64,000 nt of DNA from a virus (taxonomy: Duplodnaviria; Caudoviricetes), in IMG/VR virus record IMGVR_UViG_3300034410_000589, positions 9,459 through 73,458 of that record, one strand, 5' to 3'. The notes under the pieces were generated by a model, which was not told the origin of the DNA, ran no database searches, and saw nothing but the letters and a program-made list of their open reading frames with translations. The first letter of the stretch is position 1, and each line of letters begins with the position of its first letter. Of this stretch, positions 45,701 through 53,769 are shown one piece after another. Both the position numbers and the translations under genes were made by a program.

Positions 45701-48232
45701 ATTAAGATCTTGATTAGTATTATTAACTTGTATACTATTACTGTTTATTGTAATATCATCTGTTGTTAAAGTGGTAAATGTTGTTTGTCCTGATATAGTT
45801 ACAGGACCAGTTGTAGTTGTACTTTCATTAACAATAAGTCCATTTGATCTTACAGGATTATTTGTTGTAACTTCACCAGTGCCAGCTGCACGTAATTCTA
45901 AATCACTATCTGATACAGTAGTTGTAATAAAGTTATCATCAATTAGTATGTTTTCAAATTGACTTGAACCTAACTGTGACAGATTACCTTGGATATTAAA
46001 GTTTCTAATTGTAAAGTCTGTTGCTGTAATATCAGCATCAACATCAATAGTAGCAACTTGTAAGTTTTGGAATGTAGATGTGCCGCCAATTGTAATGTCA
46101 TTACTAATGCCTACGCTATCAGTAATGTTTACTTTACCTGTTCCGTTAGGTCTTAATTCTAAATCAGCATTACTATCAGTTGTAGTAATAACGTTTGTTT
46201 CAATTGTTATGCCGTTTAAATCTGCATCATTTACATATGCAAAATTCCAACGCTTGTCTTCCTTACCTAATGTAAAAGTATCATGTTGATTAGGTTCTAA
46301 GTCTTGACTAAATTCTGTATTAAATGTAACTGTATCAGTTGGCTGATCACCTGCTAAAGATAATGTACCATCAAAACTAAAGTTGTTTGTGATATCTAAG
46401 TTTCCGGTTAGACTAGTATCGCCATTAAGATTAATAAACGTTGACACAGGACTATCAATAGTCATGCCGCCACTTAGACTTTCTATTGTATTGCCACTTA
46501 GTCTTATGTTTTGATTTTGTACTTTTGTTCCATCTATAATAGCAATATTACCATTTGTGGTTACAGTTAAACCTGCTAGTGCATCAACAGTTGACTCGTC
46601 AATAGTAAGTGTGCTGTTTCCTGTATCTAAGTCAACAAAAAATTGTTCACCAACTCTAAAATTTCCTAAGTGGTCTGTTGAGCTAAAATAAATTGTACCT
46701 GAATTTAATTCTTCAGTTTCGTTTGCTTGTATTGCTCTACTTGGATCATTATCAACAAATTTACCTGCACCTATGTATCCAAAGTTATGTTGGATAAGAT
46801 ACATTAGTGTGTCATCACCGTCTGCTACAGCACCTTTGTTTCCGTATACGTTTGCTGATCCAATTGATCTTAATTCTGCACCATATAATATTGTTGAACC
46901 GTCTGTACTTAAATGTCCTGTTGATCCGTTTACAGCATATAATCCTTTGTCAGCAAAATACGTAAATGAGTTAAGCCATTCTACTCTAACTCCGTTTGTC
47001 ATTGTAAGTGCGTCAACACCTGGTGTAATGAATGTTACAGCGTGGAATAACATACTTGCTTCGTTGCTTGTACCAAGGACACTTGCACCATCTACAAGAG
47101 CACCTTTACCTGCATCAGCACTTGCATATCCTCTTGGATCACTTGCACTAGTTGTGCTACCTTGTGTGCTTACTGTAATGTTTTGTACATACGGACTACG
47201 TGATGTTACTGTTGCACTAGGAGCAAATCTAAATGCATAACCTACGTCATTTCCACTGTCATAAAAGAAATCTTTTATTGTAAAATTTTGAACAGTAGTT
47301 TCGCCGTTAAGATGAAATATATCTCTTGAACTTGAACTACTTGGAGGAGTAATAATTGTATTTCTTATGTCGTGACCTGTAACAGTTACTCCTGCTGGTA
47401 CAACTAAAGGACATGATTCTTCGTATTCGCCTGGCAATACATAAACTGTGTCGCCCGCTGATACTTGTGTTAGTGCATAATCTATAGTTTCAAATGGTGC
47501 TTGTATATGTTCACCATGACTATCGTTGTCTCCATTTTTTGCAACGTAAAAAGTTTTGCCAGGCTTATGAATTAGATCTACTCCGCCTAATGCAAAGTCT
47601 GTAGCATTTATTCTGGATACGTTTGCTAGTCTTGTGTTTGTTTCTAGCCAACGTTTATCAGCTTTACCTAAATCATACGGAGCATAATTTGTGCTAGTAT
47701 CTGGATTGATATCACTAGTAACATCAGTATCAAATGTTACTGTGTCTTGAGCTAATGCATCACCAAATGTAATATTACCTTCAAGTGTAATATTACCATC
47801 GGCATGTATATCGCCATTAACTTCTAAGTTTGAAAATACTTCTACTCTACCAGTTCCGTTCGGACGTAGTTCTAAATTGCTGTTACTGTTTGTTGTAGAA
47901 ATGTAATTGTCATCAATAAAAATATCGCCTGTTTTTACATTGCTACTAGTAATTTTATATCTTGCATCAAGTATTACATCACCTGGAAAAGGTTGTATTG
48001 TTGAGCTTTGTATGTTAAAATTTGCTATGTCTGCTTGCGTGTCTGCAATTAGAGATACTGTTCTAGTAGTATCTAAGACATGTAACGGATGACTAGGAGA
48101 TGCGTTTCTTATACCTATCTTATCGCCTGTTACGTCAAGATAAATTAAGTCTGTTTCAAAGGCTAGGTCAATGCCATTTCTTTCCAGATTGGCAAATAAT
48201 AACGGACCTGAGATTCTACCTACTTGCGACAT
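42704..48232 (-). CDS. Long repetitive fibre protein (1842 aa), paralogue of 36911-42562
   Basis: Colinear domain and repeat order with 36911-42562; C-terminal LPTGDNSNR...GELRYN motif. Confidence 0.72.
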   Translation of the reverse strand: MSQVGRISGPLLFANLERNGIDLAFETDLIYLDVTGDKIGIRNASPSHPLHVLDTTRTVSLIADTQADIANFNIQSSTIQPFPGDVILDARYKITSSNVKTGDIFIDDNYISTTNSNSNLELRPNGTGRVEVFSNLEVNGDIHADGNITLEGNITFGDALAQDTVTFDTDVTSDINPDTSTNYAPYDLGKADKRWLETNTRLANVSRINATDFALGGVDLIHKPGKTFYVAKNGDNDSHGEHIQAPFETIDYALTQVSAGDTVYVLPGEYEESCPLVVPAGVTVTGHDIRNTIITPPSSSSSRDIFHLNGETTVQNFTIKDFFYDSGNDVGYAFRFAPSATVTSRSPYVQNITVSTQGSTTSASDPRGYASADAGKGALVDGASVLGTSNEASMLFHAVTFITPGVDALTMTNGVRVEWLNSFTYFADKGLYAVNGSTGHLSTDGSTILYGAELRSIGSANVYGNKGAVADGDDTLMYLIQHNFGYIGAGKFVDNDPSRAIQANETEELNSGTIYFSSTDHLGNFRVGEQFFVDLDTGNSTLTIDESTVDALAGLTVTTNGNIAIIDGTKVQNQNIRLSGNTIESLSGGMTIDSPVSTFINLNGDTSLTGNLDITNNFSFDGTLSLAGDQPTDTVTFNTEFSQDLEPNQHDTFTLGKEDKRWNFAYVNDADLNGITIETNVITTTDSNADLELRPNGTGKVNITDSVGISNDITIGGTSTFQNLQVATIDVDADITATDFTIRNFNIQGNLSQLGSSQFENILIDDNFITTTVSDSDLELRAAGTGEVTTNNPVRSNGLIVNESTTTTGPVTISGQTTFTTLTTDDITINSNSIQVNNTNQDLNIGASGNVKVNSSDVLIEENLTVEGSNNLADLNVVGSLQHTGNRTQSGNYNIAGEISNGNILIEDNFITATESNSNLELRANGTGEIYIPESVTINNNLDVNGTSTFSNFTVTGTFEPGFSYVDGDRGFTGNLTVTQNIDVTQQAQFEEILIDDNFITTTSSNADLELRAVGTGNVLVPNSNVEITNNISAANAQVVNVNVAQDLVLNELIIPTSIIEIDDNFISTKISNTNLELRADGNGNIVFTDNTTITNALNVNTLSTLDNVEITGITNINGNTTFTNDYTVTGTLTTDELILTENKQEFEGVTIDGNVITSVNSNSDLELRANGTGKVVFQEDVVFENNVSADNLTATNIIADQDFEAALLDSDDIEFFNNVVTTTLSNSNLELRANGTGIIDVQNDLDITNDLTVNDLTTINDELIISGLTTVNNNVTMTGTLQTTSGATINGTLTVQHTGPLQYDSIGNLQINSNQLILSTASDLTLNASGTGIVSLTDTIVSQDMSANAASFGSLRILDSVALENMVSSTDIEIFDNVITTTNSNSNLELRAAGDVEIDNNFDITGNAVVDGATSLQNTNINSTLNINSNVNQNGNRDITGNVSVTNLTVDSQTDLGNFTFEDSTLTNNNAGDLTFTASGTGDVVIEQGKVNNNLSATSASASNFVIDNIVTANKFVLTDDIEIFQNVITTTNSNSNLELRTSGTGTVFIEELEFEDFTLRSDNNITIGTDIVEFDSTRSIKLPAGLNSQRIVATTASITLDGGNGVNDPQPTTVDGGDALTVFGPTDTFYDAGTSLEPNGNPGDMRFNTEVNLFEGFSQANQYFGGVFSEDAQTNVQALNNEVEFRVAGTKVGSVALDGVNISTSLQTTNITISDNIVTSENNTALQLVPNGAGKVKFFDDTAFDDNKIQNLANDDGLHIISTDDGYVKINTQVNGMVLPTGDNSNRGATPVVGELRYNTEAPGAEVWNGTEWVSVAGDNSQADALVIGEAIDEWTLILG

Positions 48233-48250
48233 TTAAAGTTCTCCTACTTG

Positions 48251-48258
48251 TATTTATT
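48251..48258 (-). promoter_or_regulatory. Late-promoter-like AATAAATA
   Basis: Directly upstream of the AGGAGA SD and ATG at 48232. Confidence 0.55.
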
Positions 48259-48261
48259 GGA

Positions 48262-48792
48262 TTACTTGTCGAAGTTATGTAGTACAGTAACTGGTTTATT
48301 TAAGTCTGGTGCTGATGTGAATTTGATATACCAACCGTCGGCATATGGTGCATTAGGACCTGTCAAACTTCCGCTTGCACTTTGTTCTAATGTATAGTTT
48401 GTTGTACTGATTTGAAATACGTTTTCAACAAGTACTAAAACGTTTTGTGCGGCTACTGGAACAGGAAATTCTGGATCTCCGCTTGCTAATGGACCAAACA
48501 CAGTTTCAGTTGCATCGCCATTTCCTAAACTTTGTTGTGTAATTCCAACTAGTACAGGTGTAACGCCTCTTACTCCTGCCCATGCTCCGTTTTCATATAC
48601 TTCAAATCTGTTGTCTGTTGTATTGTATCTAAAGTGTCCATTTTCAGGATTAGCAGGACGTTCTGCTGTTGTACCTTTAGGCACACGTATACTGTTAGTA
48701 GATTCCATATACACTTGATCATCTACATCAAATTGTACGCCTCTACCATAGATTGTTCTTCTATTTGTATTTTGTGCCTTGAGTAATCTCAT
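48262..48792 (-). CDS. Virion protein with docking motif (start corrected to MRLLKAQ at 48792)
   Basis: VPKGTTAERP.NPENGHFRYNT..RFEVY.NGAW; TAATG coupling with the upstream gene. Confidence 0.65.
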   Translation of the reverse strand: MRLLKAQNTNRRTIYGRGVQFDVDDQVYMESTNSIRVPKGTTAERPANPENGHFRYNTTDNRFEVYENGAWAGVRGVTPVLVGITQQSLGNGDATETVFGPLASGDPEFPVPVAAQNVLVLVENVFQISTTNYTLEQSASGSLTGPNAPYADGWYIKFTSAPDLNKPVTVLHNFDK

Positions 48793-49163
48793 TATGTAAT
48801 ATCCAAATAACTCACTGTACAAGCAAGTCTACCTGTACCACTTGCGGATGGCCCGCCGTTAACTTGTACACTGTCGCCTGCATCTAACACAACTTTTTCT
48901 GTGTCTAATGTAAATGTTTCACCTGCTGGTAATGACAGTCTTCTAACTACAGAAGTAACTGTATCACTGTACGATCCACTTGCTGGAACAAAGTGCAAAT
49001 CAAATTCGCAAGTTTCATTTTCAGGAGCAGACGCACTTGGGTCATACGTATTGCATATTAAAATGTTTGTAATAGCATATGATTTACTTGCTGGCACAGT
49101 TAACATAATGTGTCTGTAATCGCCACCACCTTGATCAATAATTGCTTCGTTTACTATTGCCAT
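48792..49163 (-). CDS. Small beta-rich virion protein (paralogue trio)
   Basis: LTVPASKSYAITNILICN...LPAGETF...VVLDAGDSVQV...VSYLDI. Confidence 0.65.
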   Translation of the reverse strand: MAIVNEAIIDQGGGDYRHIMLTVPASKSYAITNILICNTYDPSASAPENETCEFDLHFVPASGSYSDTVTSVVRRLSLPAGETFTLDTEKVVLDAGDSVQVNGGPSASGTGRLACTVSYLDIT

Positions 49164-49172
49164 ATTGTTTCC

Positions 49173-50186
49173 TTAAAAAAGCATACTAAAAACTAGTGCT
49201 CTATTCTTACTTATTATTTCATCGCGTTGACTTTCAGCATTAACGAAATACATTCCTGTACCTGCCGCTTGTGCTGGCTTAGCATACAGTAGTATTCCAT
49301 CATCTGGTTCTACAGGATCTGTTACACCGTCAACGCCTTCATGCGGTGTATATCCCAATCTTAAATTGTCGTCAACAACAACATGTCCTGTTCCTGTTGC
49401 ACTTAAAATTAAATCTTCTTGACTTGTGCCAAGTGTTTTTATTTCTGTACCATGTACAGTTTGTTCAATTCTAATTCCGTATTGATCTGAATATGTAGGA
49501 CGAATGTCTTGTATCAAATTACCGTCAATGCCTACTTCAATTCTACTTGGACCTGAAACACTATCATCATACACTTGTACTCTAGTGTCACCTACTTGAA
49601 CTCTGTTCGGAACAACCGTACCAAAGAAGTTTGTTACAGTATCGTCTACATATTTTTTATTTGGAATATGATCATCGTCAGTTACTCGTGTTTCGTAACC
49701 AAATGTTCCTTTAACAGTTAACATACCAGGGTTAGGTGTTACATTGCCTGATAAATTGTATTGCCCCATTAGGTTTAAATCAACACCCGGAGTAACAATA
49801 CTAACAGTTTCAATACCGCCAACTCTACCGCTTGGAGATCTTACACTCCATGCACCTAAGTCTGTAGTACCACTATTTTGCGTATCTGTCCAGTTTAAAC
49901 TTTCAACAAACAACCACTGTCCGTCTTCTATTGTACCTCGGTCAACACGAAGACCGGAAGCGCCATCTCTAGTGATGCCGTTCCCGGTTTCGCCTTTGTT
50001 CAATACAATAATATTGTCTTCAACTGTTGTGTTAACAGTATCAAGAGTAGTTTGTGTTCCTTCGACAACAAGGTTACCGGTAATATAAACATCACCAACT
50101 TCCGTTCCTGTGTCCAGTGTAATCCTACCACCGCTCTTAACAACTACTCTGTAGTTGCCATCGCCTACTCTTAAATACTTGTCCAT
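49173..50186 (-). CDS. Virion fibre/connector protein (337 aa)
   Basis: GNLVVEGTQTT..T.NTTVEDNIIVLNKGE fibre motif; DLILSATGTG repeat shared with the long fibres; hydrophobic C-terminus RALVFSMLF. Confidence 0.6.
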   Translation of the reverse strand: MDKYLRVGDGNYRVVVKSGGRITLDTGTEVGDVYITGNLVVEGTQTTLDTVNTTVEDNIIVLNKGETGNGITRDGASGLRVDRGTIEDGQWLFVESLNWTDTQNSGTTDLGAWSVRSPSGRVGGIETVSIVTPGVDLNLMGQYNLSGNVTPNPGMLTVKGTFGYETRVTDDDHIPNKKYVDDTVTNFFGTVVPNRVQVGDTRVQVYDDSVSGPSRIEVGIDGNLIQDIRPTYSDQYGIRIEQTVHGTEIKTLGTSQEDLILSATGTGHVVVDDNLRLGYTPHEGVDGVTDPVEPDDGILLYAKPAQAAGTGMYFVNAESQRDEIISKNRALVFSMLF

Positions 50187-50196
50187 AAGTTAATCC

Positions 50197-50649
50197 TTAT
50201 GCGTCTTCAGTGAAGTCTGTATCGTCTACGCCGACTAATGTATCATCATCACCAGCTTCTTCGAATTCAACAGCACCATCATTGTTTAGAGTACTAAAGT
50301 TCCATGCAATTGACTGTCCGTCTAATGCGTTTGCACCTGTTGCACTCGGAGCAACGATAGTTGCCTTACGTCCTGAAATTTTACTAACTCCGTAAGTTTC
50401 ACCGTCATCACCTTTTACACTAATAGCCATTTCTGTACCTGTTAGTGCTGCTGGCAGTTTGCCTGTTGTTAAGAAACGATCATATGTAGTTGCTGGTGTA
50501 CCGATAGCCGCTACACGAAACTTTTTAGATCCTAATTGCTTTACAATATAACCTTCAAGTACACCTGATGTACCATAAAAGTCTACTTTGATTTCATTAC
50601 CACCTGCTGTAGCTGGTCCAAAAAATCTTTTGTTTACTGGTCTTCCCAT
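50197..50649 (-). CDS. Hypothetical late protein downstream of the major capsid gene
   Basis: Strong AGGAG SD and own late promoter; no function recognised. Confidence 0.65.
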   Translation of the reverse strand: MGRPVNKRFFGPATAGGNEIKVDFYGTSGVLEGYIVKQLGSKKFRVAAIGTPATTYDRFLTTGKLPAALTGTEMAISVKGDDGETYGVSKISGRKATIVAPSATGANALDGQSIAWNFSTLNNDGAVEFEEAGDDDTLVGVDDTDFTEDA

Positions 50650-50755
50650 TTGTTTTCTCCTATATAAGTAGTCCTATCCGGGTTCTATCCGGTACGCTGT
50701 GGGTTAAACAGCATAAGTCCGCCTTGCGGCACACTATTTGACATATGTATTTATC
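50650..50755 (-). promoter_or_regulatory. Late promoter GATAAATA (50748-50755) followed by a ~95-nt structured 5' leader
   Basis: Leader has GCC-GCAA-GGC (GNRA hairpin), GCTGT/ACAGC hairpin and tandem CCGGATAG. Confidence 0.55.
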
Positions 50756-50780
50756 AAAAGAGGTAACAGAACTTTTAGTC

Positions 50781-50809
50781 AAAAAAATAGGACCCGAAGG
50801 TCCTATTTT
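50781..50809 (-). terminator. Rho-independent terminator after the major capsid gene, C(UUCG)G tetraloop
   Basis: Minus strand reads AAAATAGGACC-TTCG-GGTCCTATTTTTTT: a perfect stem plus U-tract, 18 nt after the gp23 stop. Confidence 0.9.
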
Positions 50810-50826
50810 CCAGTTTTAATTAAAAC

Positions 50827-52008
50827 TTAGCTAAAGCTAACATTAGCGTTATTGATCGCAACTTTACCTAAGTAATCTGCTGCGTTACCAAGTGATGATG
50901 CTGTGTTAGACAATTCAACATAACCATAACGTGTCATAAATGATACGGTAGGTTCGAATGTTGACGGATCTAATACAACGCCACTTGACATTAACGGAAT
51001 GTATGGGCAATAGAACGCTGGTGCGTCTGATTCACTTGCACCTTTGTAACCAACAAGTACGTCAGCGTTATCAGCTGAGTAAGTGTTAACGTACACTTTC
51101 ATTGCATTGTTTAAAGTACCAACCATCTTAGTGTTAGTTGGAGCTTCAAATGTACCTTCAGTTGTTCTTGCAAACGCTGAAGTTGTTGCACTTTGTAGAA
51201 TTGTTAACGCAAATGGGCTAACTACGGCGTAGTTACCTGCGCCTCTACGTGTACGCTGTGCAATCAAGTTAGCAACACGGTTGATTTGAACAGCTAAAGC
51301 AGCATGCTCGTCACCAACGAATGTAGCTGTACCTGATACAGCAGCTTGGTTATATGTTTCAGCGGCATTACCAGCTAGGCTGTTTAGGCTTGCTAAAACT
51401 TCTTGATCAATCTCAGCGGTAATTTCTTGTGCTAAAGCAGCCATAATTTCTGCTTCAACGTCAATACCGTGCATTGATTGTGCATCCTGTGCAGCTTCAA
51501 AAGTCCAGCGAGCTGATAGCTTTCTTGACTTCGCTTCTACAGTTTGCTTCAAGATTTGAATGCTTAACTTACGTCCAGCTTGGCCTTCTAAAGCTGCTGT
51601 AGTAGCTGCTTTATCGTCCGCTGCGTTACCTGAGTAACCTTCAGCAATCTTGAATGGGCTTAATGCCTCTTCACCCGCTGCAGTGTCTGTTCCGTTTGTG
51701 CTATCAAAAGCTTCTGCGTAACGTACACGTAACGTGTGGATTTGACCAACAGGGCCAGTCATTGGTTGTACACCAACTAGCTCGTTAGCAATAACAGTTG
51801 GCATAACACGTCTGATAACTGGTAGGATAACACGGTTAAGTGTTGCTACGTTACCAGCTGATGTTGCTCCAGCTGTTGCACTCTCAGACAAATACTTGCG
51901 AGTGTTTTCTAGTGTGGCAGCCATTACGCTTTTCTTGTTACCGTCTAGGCCTTCAAGAAGAGCATCTTTGGTTTCTGTCCAGCGACTTTCTAATAGTTCT
52001 GACATCAT
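50827..52008 (-). CDS. gp23: Major capsid protein, T4 gp23-like (start 52008 or 52005)
   Basis: LIRRVMP.VIANELVGVQPMTGPVGQIHTLRVRY...VEAKSRKL.ARWTFE.AQD....HG.D.E.E...FYCPYIPL...F.P...FMTRYG, hallmark gp23 motifs. Confidence 0.95.
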   Translation of the reverse strand: MMSELLESRWTETKDALLEGLDGNKKSVMAATLENTRKYLSESATAGATSAGNVATLNRVILPVIRRVMPTVIANELVGVQPMTGPVGQIHTLRVRYAEAFDSTNGTDTAAGEEALSPFKIAEGYSGNAADDKAATTAALEGQAGRKLSIQILKQTVEAKSRKLSARWTFEAAQDAQSMHGIDVEAEIMAALAQEITAEIDQEVLASLNSLAGNAAETYNQAAVSGTATFVGDEHAALAVQINRVANLIAQRTRRGAGNYAVVSPFALTILQSATTSAFARTTEGTFEAPTNTKMVGTLNNAMKVYVNTYSADNADVLVGYKGASESDAPAFYCPYIPLMSSGVVLDPSTFEPTVSFMTRYGYVELSNTASSLGNAADYLGKVAINNANVSFS

Positions 52009-52015
52009 TTTCTCC

Positions 52016-53110
52016 TTAATTTAATCCAGCAAGACGGCGTATATCAAGTACATTTGATTCGTCTGCTTTGACATGTGTCGTTGTTTTTTCTCTGTTGCCT
52101 GTAACTTCTGTGCCTTCTGATAATATAGCCTTACGCTTTGCTGGAGTCTGGCCATCAATAACTGATGGTAGGTACTTGTCAAAAGATTTTTGTAATCTAT
52201 TGGTTTGTACACTTTCCAGTAAGTCTGTCATAATCCCTTGCTGATCTCTGCTCAATGGAGCAATTAGATCGCGCATGATCTTTTCGCGAGTTGCTGCTTC
52301 AACTAATTGTTTCTTCTCAGTTGCCTGTGATTCTGCTAGTTCTTTAGCTTTTACAGCAAATGCTTTTGCTTCTTGAAGTTGTTGGTCTTTAAGATCAATA
52401 ACTTTAAGTAACTTAGCACTTTCGCTTTTTTCGTTTAGGTAGCTATTTGCATATTCATTGCTGAATGACTCAAATATTTTGCGACCAAAATCGTTTCTTC
52501 GTGCTTCTTCAATATCTTCTTTAAGTTGAGTAATTTCTCCTTTGAGAACTTTATCAACAGTTTCTGATACCGCTGTAGCACTTCTTTCAACAAAGTTAGT
52601 TTTAACTTTCTTGAAGTGTTCTTTAGCTTCACGTACTAAACGTACTTTTGTTTCGGCTAAATCTTTTTTATCTTCATAGAACTCTGCAATTTCTTTAGAA
52701 AGAGCTTCAACTACAAATTCCTCAAGCTGTGCATACTTAGATGCCATTGCTTTCTTGTCTTCGTGTAGTTCACCAACTTCTTTTGAAAGTTGATTTAAAA
52801 CAAAATCTTTCATTAACTCTGCGTTTTCACGCATTGCAATGGCATACTTTGCTTTAGCTTCTGCAAGTTGTTTACGATCTTCTGAAAATTCAGCAATTTC
52901 TTCTGCTAGTCTTTCAGATAACATGCTATCAATGGCTTCTACCATTGTTGACTTGTCGTGTTCGTATTTCTTTGCAAATTCTTCACGAAGTTCAGCGGTA
53001 ACTTGTTGGCGATTCTCAGTGATCTTCGCGTCCCAAGCCGTTTGTATTTCTGCTTTTACTTCTTCTGAAAGTGCGCTGCTCTCGAAGAGTGATTTTAATG
53101 CTTCCAACAT
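52016..53110 (-). CDS. gp22: Prohead core scaffolding protein, T4 gp22-like
   Basis: Highly helical E/K-rich protein between the protease and capsid genes. Confidence 0.8.
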   Translation of the reverse strand: MLEALKSLFESSALSEEVKAEIQTAWDAKITENRQQVTAELREEFAKKYEHDKSTMVEAIDSMLSERLAEEIAEFSEDRKQLAEAKAKYAIAMRENAELMKDFVLNQLSKEVGELHEDKKAMASKYAQLEEFVVEALSKEIAEFYEDKKDLAETKVRLVREAKEHFKKVKTNFVERSATAVSETVDKVLKGEITQLKEDIEEARRNDFGRKIFESFSNEYANSYLNEKSESAKLLKVIDLKDQQLQEAKAFAVKAKELAESQATEKKQLVEAATREKIMRDLIAPLSRDQQGIMTDLLESVQTNRLQKSFDKYLPSVIDGQTPAKRKAILSEGTEVTGNREKTTTHVKADESNVLDIRRLAGLN

Positions 53111-53124
53111 ATTATTCTCCTCAG

Positions 53125-53760
53125 TTATCGGAGCCCGCTTATTATTCCTAATAAGCTCTCTTTTAAATATTTTTGTGCCTTATGATCGTCTTTAGTTGCC
53201 TGTGCTAGTTCGTATGCCTGGTACCCTCCGCGGGTGTTCATCAAGTGTTCGTATATTGGCGTTGGGTACGCTCCAGGAGCACTAGGTTGTGCAACTACGT
53301 CCACTGTAATAATTTCAAAGTCGGAAACTTGACCGCTTCCGTCTTCTGATACGTTACCCGATCCCCTGGATGAGACACCTAGCTTAACTCCGCTTTCAAG
53401 CATTGTTTGCACTAGTTGCCCCATTGGGGTTGGTAATACTTTTAATTTACCATAACCGTTAGGCCCGTCCATCCATGTTTCTGTAATCATGTGTGATACG
53501 CGGTCTAAGTTAATGTTAAGTCCTTCTGGATGATCAACCTCTCCGAGAACACTATATCCTCCCTGGATTTGGTCATTAAGAGTTTTGACAGCCCTGCCAA
53601 TTTCTTCTACAGGATATACACGTTGGTTTGCATTACGCACTCCGCCCTGTATACAAATACCTTTTAGGTATAAGTCTTTTCCTCCGTTGGAATTTTCAGC
53701 AGACTCAACGACCATATTAGCTTGGTCAAATGTCAGATGCTCTCTTAAAAAGTTTTGCAT
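53125..53760 (-). CDS. gp21: Prohead core protease, T4 gp21-like
   Basis: NANQRVYP...LGEVDHP...LDRVSH...TPMG...GVSSRGSG...DVVAQPSAPGA. Confidence 0.93.
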   Translation of the reverse strand: MQNFLREHLTFDQANMVVESAENSNGGKDLYLKGICIQGGVRNANQRVYPVEEIGRAVKTLNDQIQGGYSVLGEVDHPEGLNINLDRVSHMITETWMDGPNGYGKLKVLPTPMGQLVQTMLESGVKLGVSSRGSGNVSEDGSGQVSDFEIITVDVVAQPSAPGAYPTPIYEHLMNTRGGYQAYELAQATKDDHKAQKYLKESLLGIISGLR

Positions 53761-53769
53761 TCAGATTCC

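Noticed and set aside
37722-47240. Many 130-230 aa + strand ORFs over the long fibre genes
   Set aside because: Shadows caused by repetitive codon usage on the minus strand; they mirror the repeats and lack independent signals.
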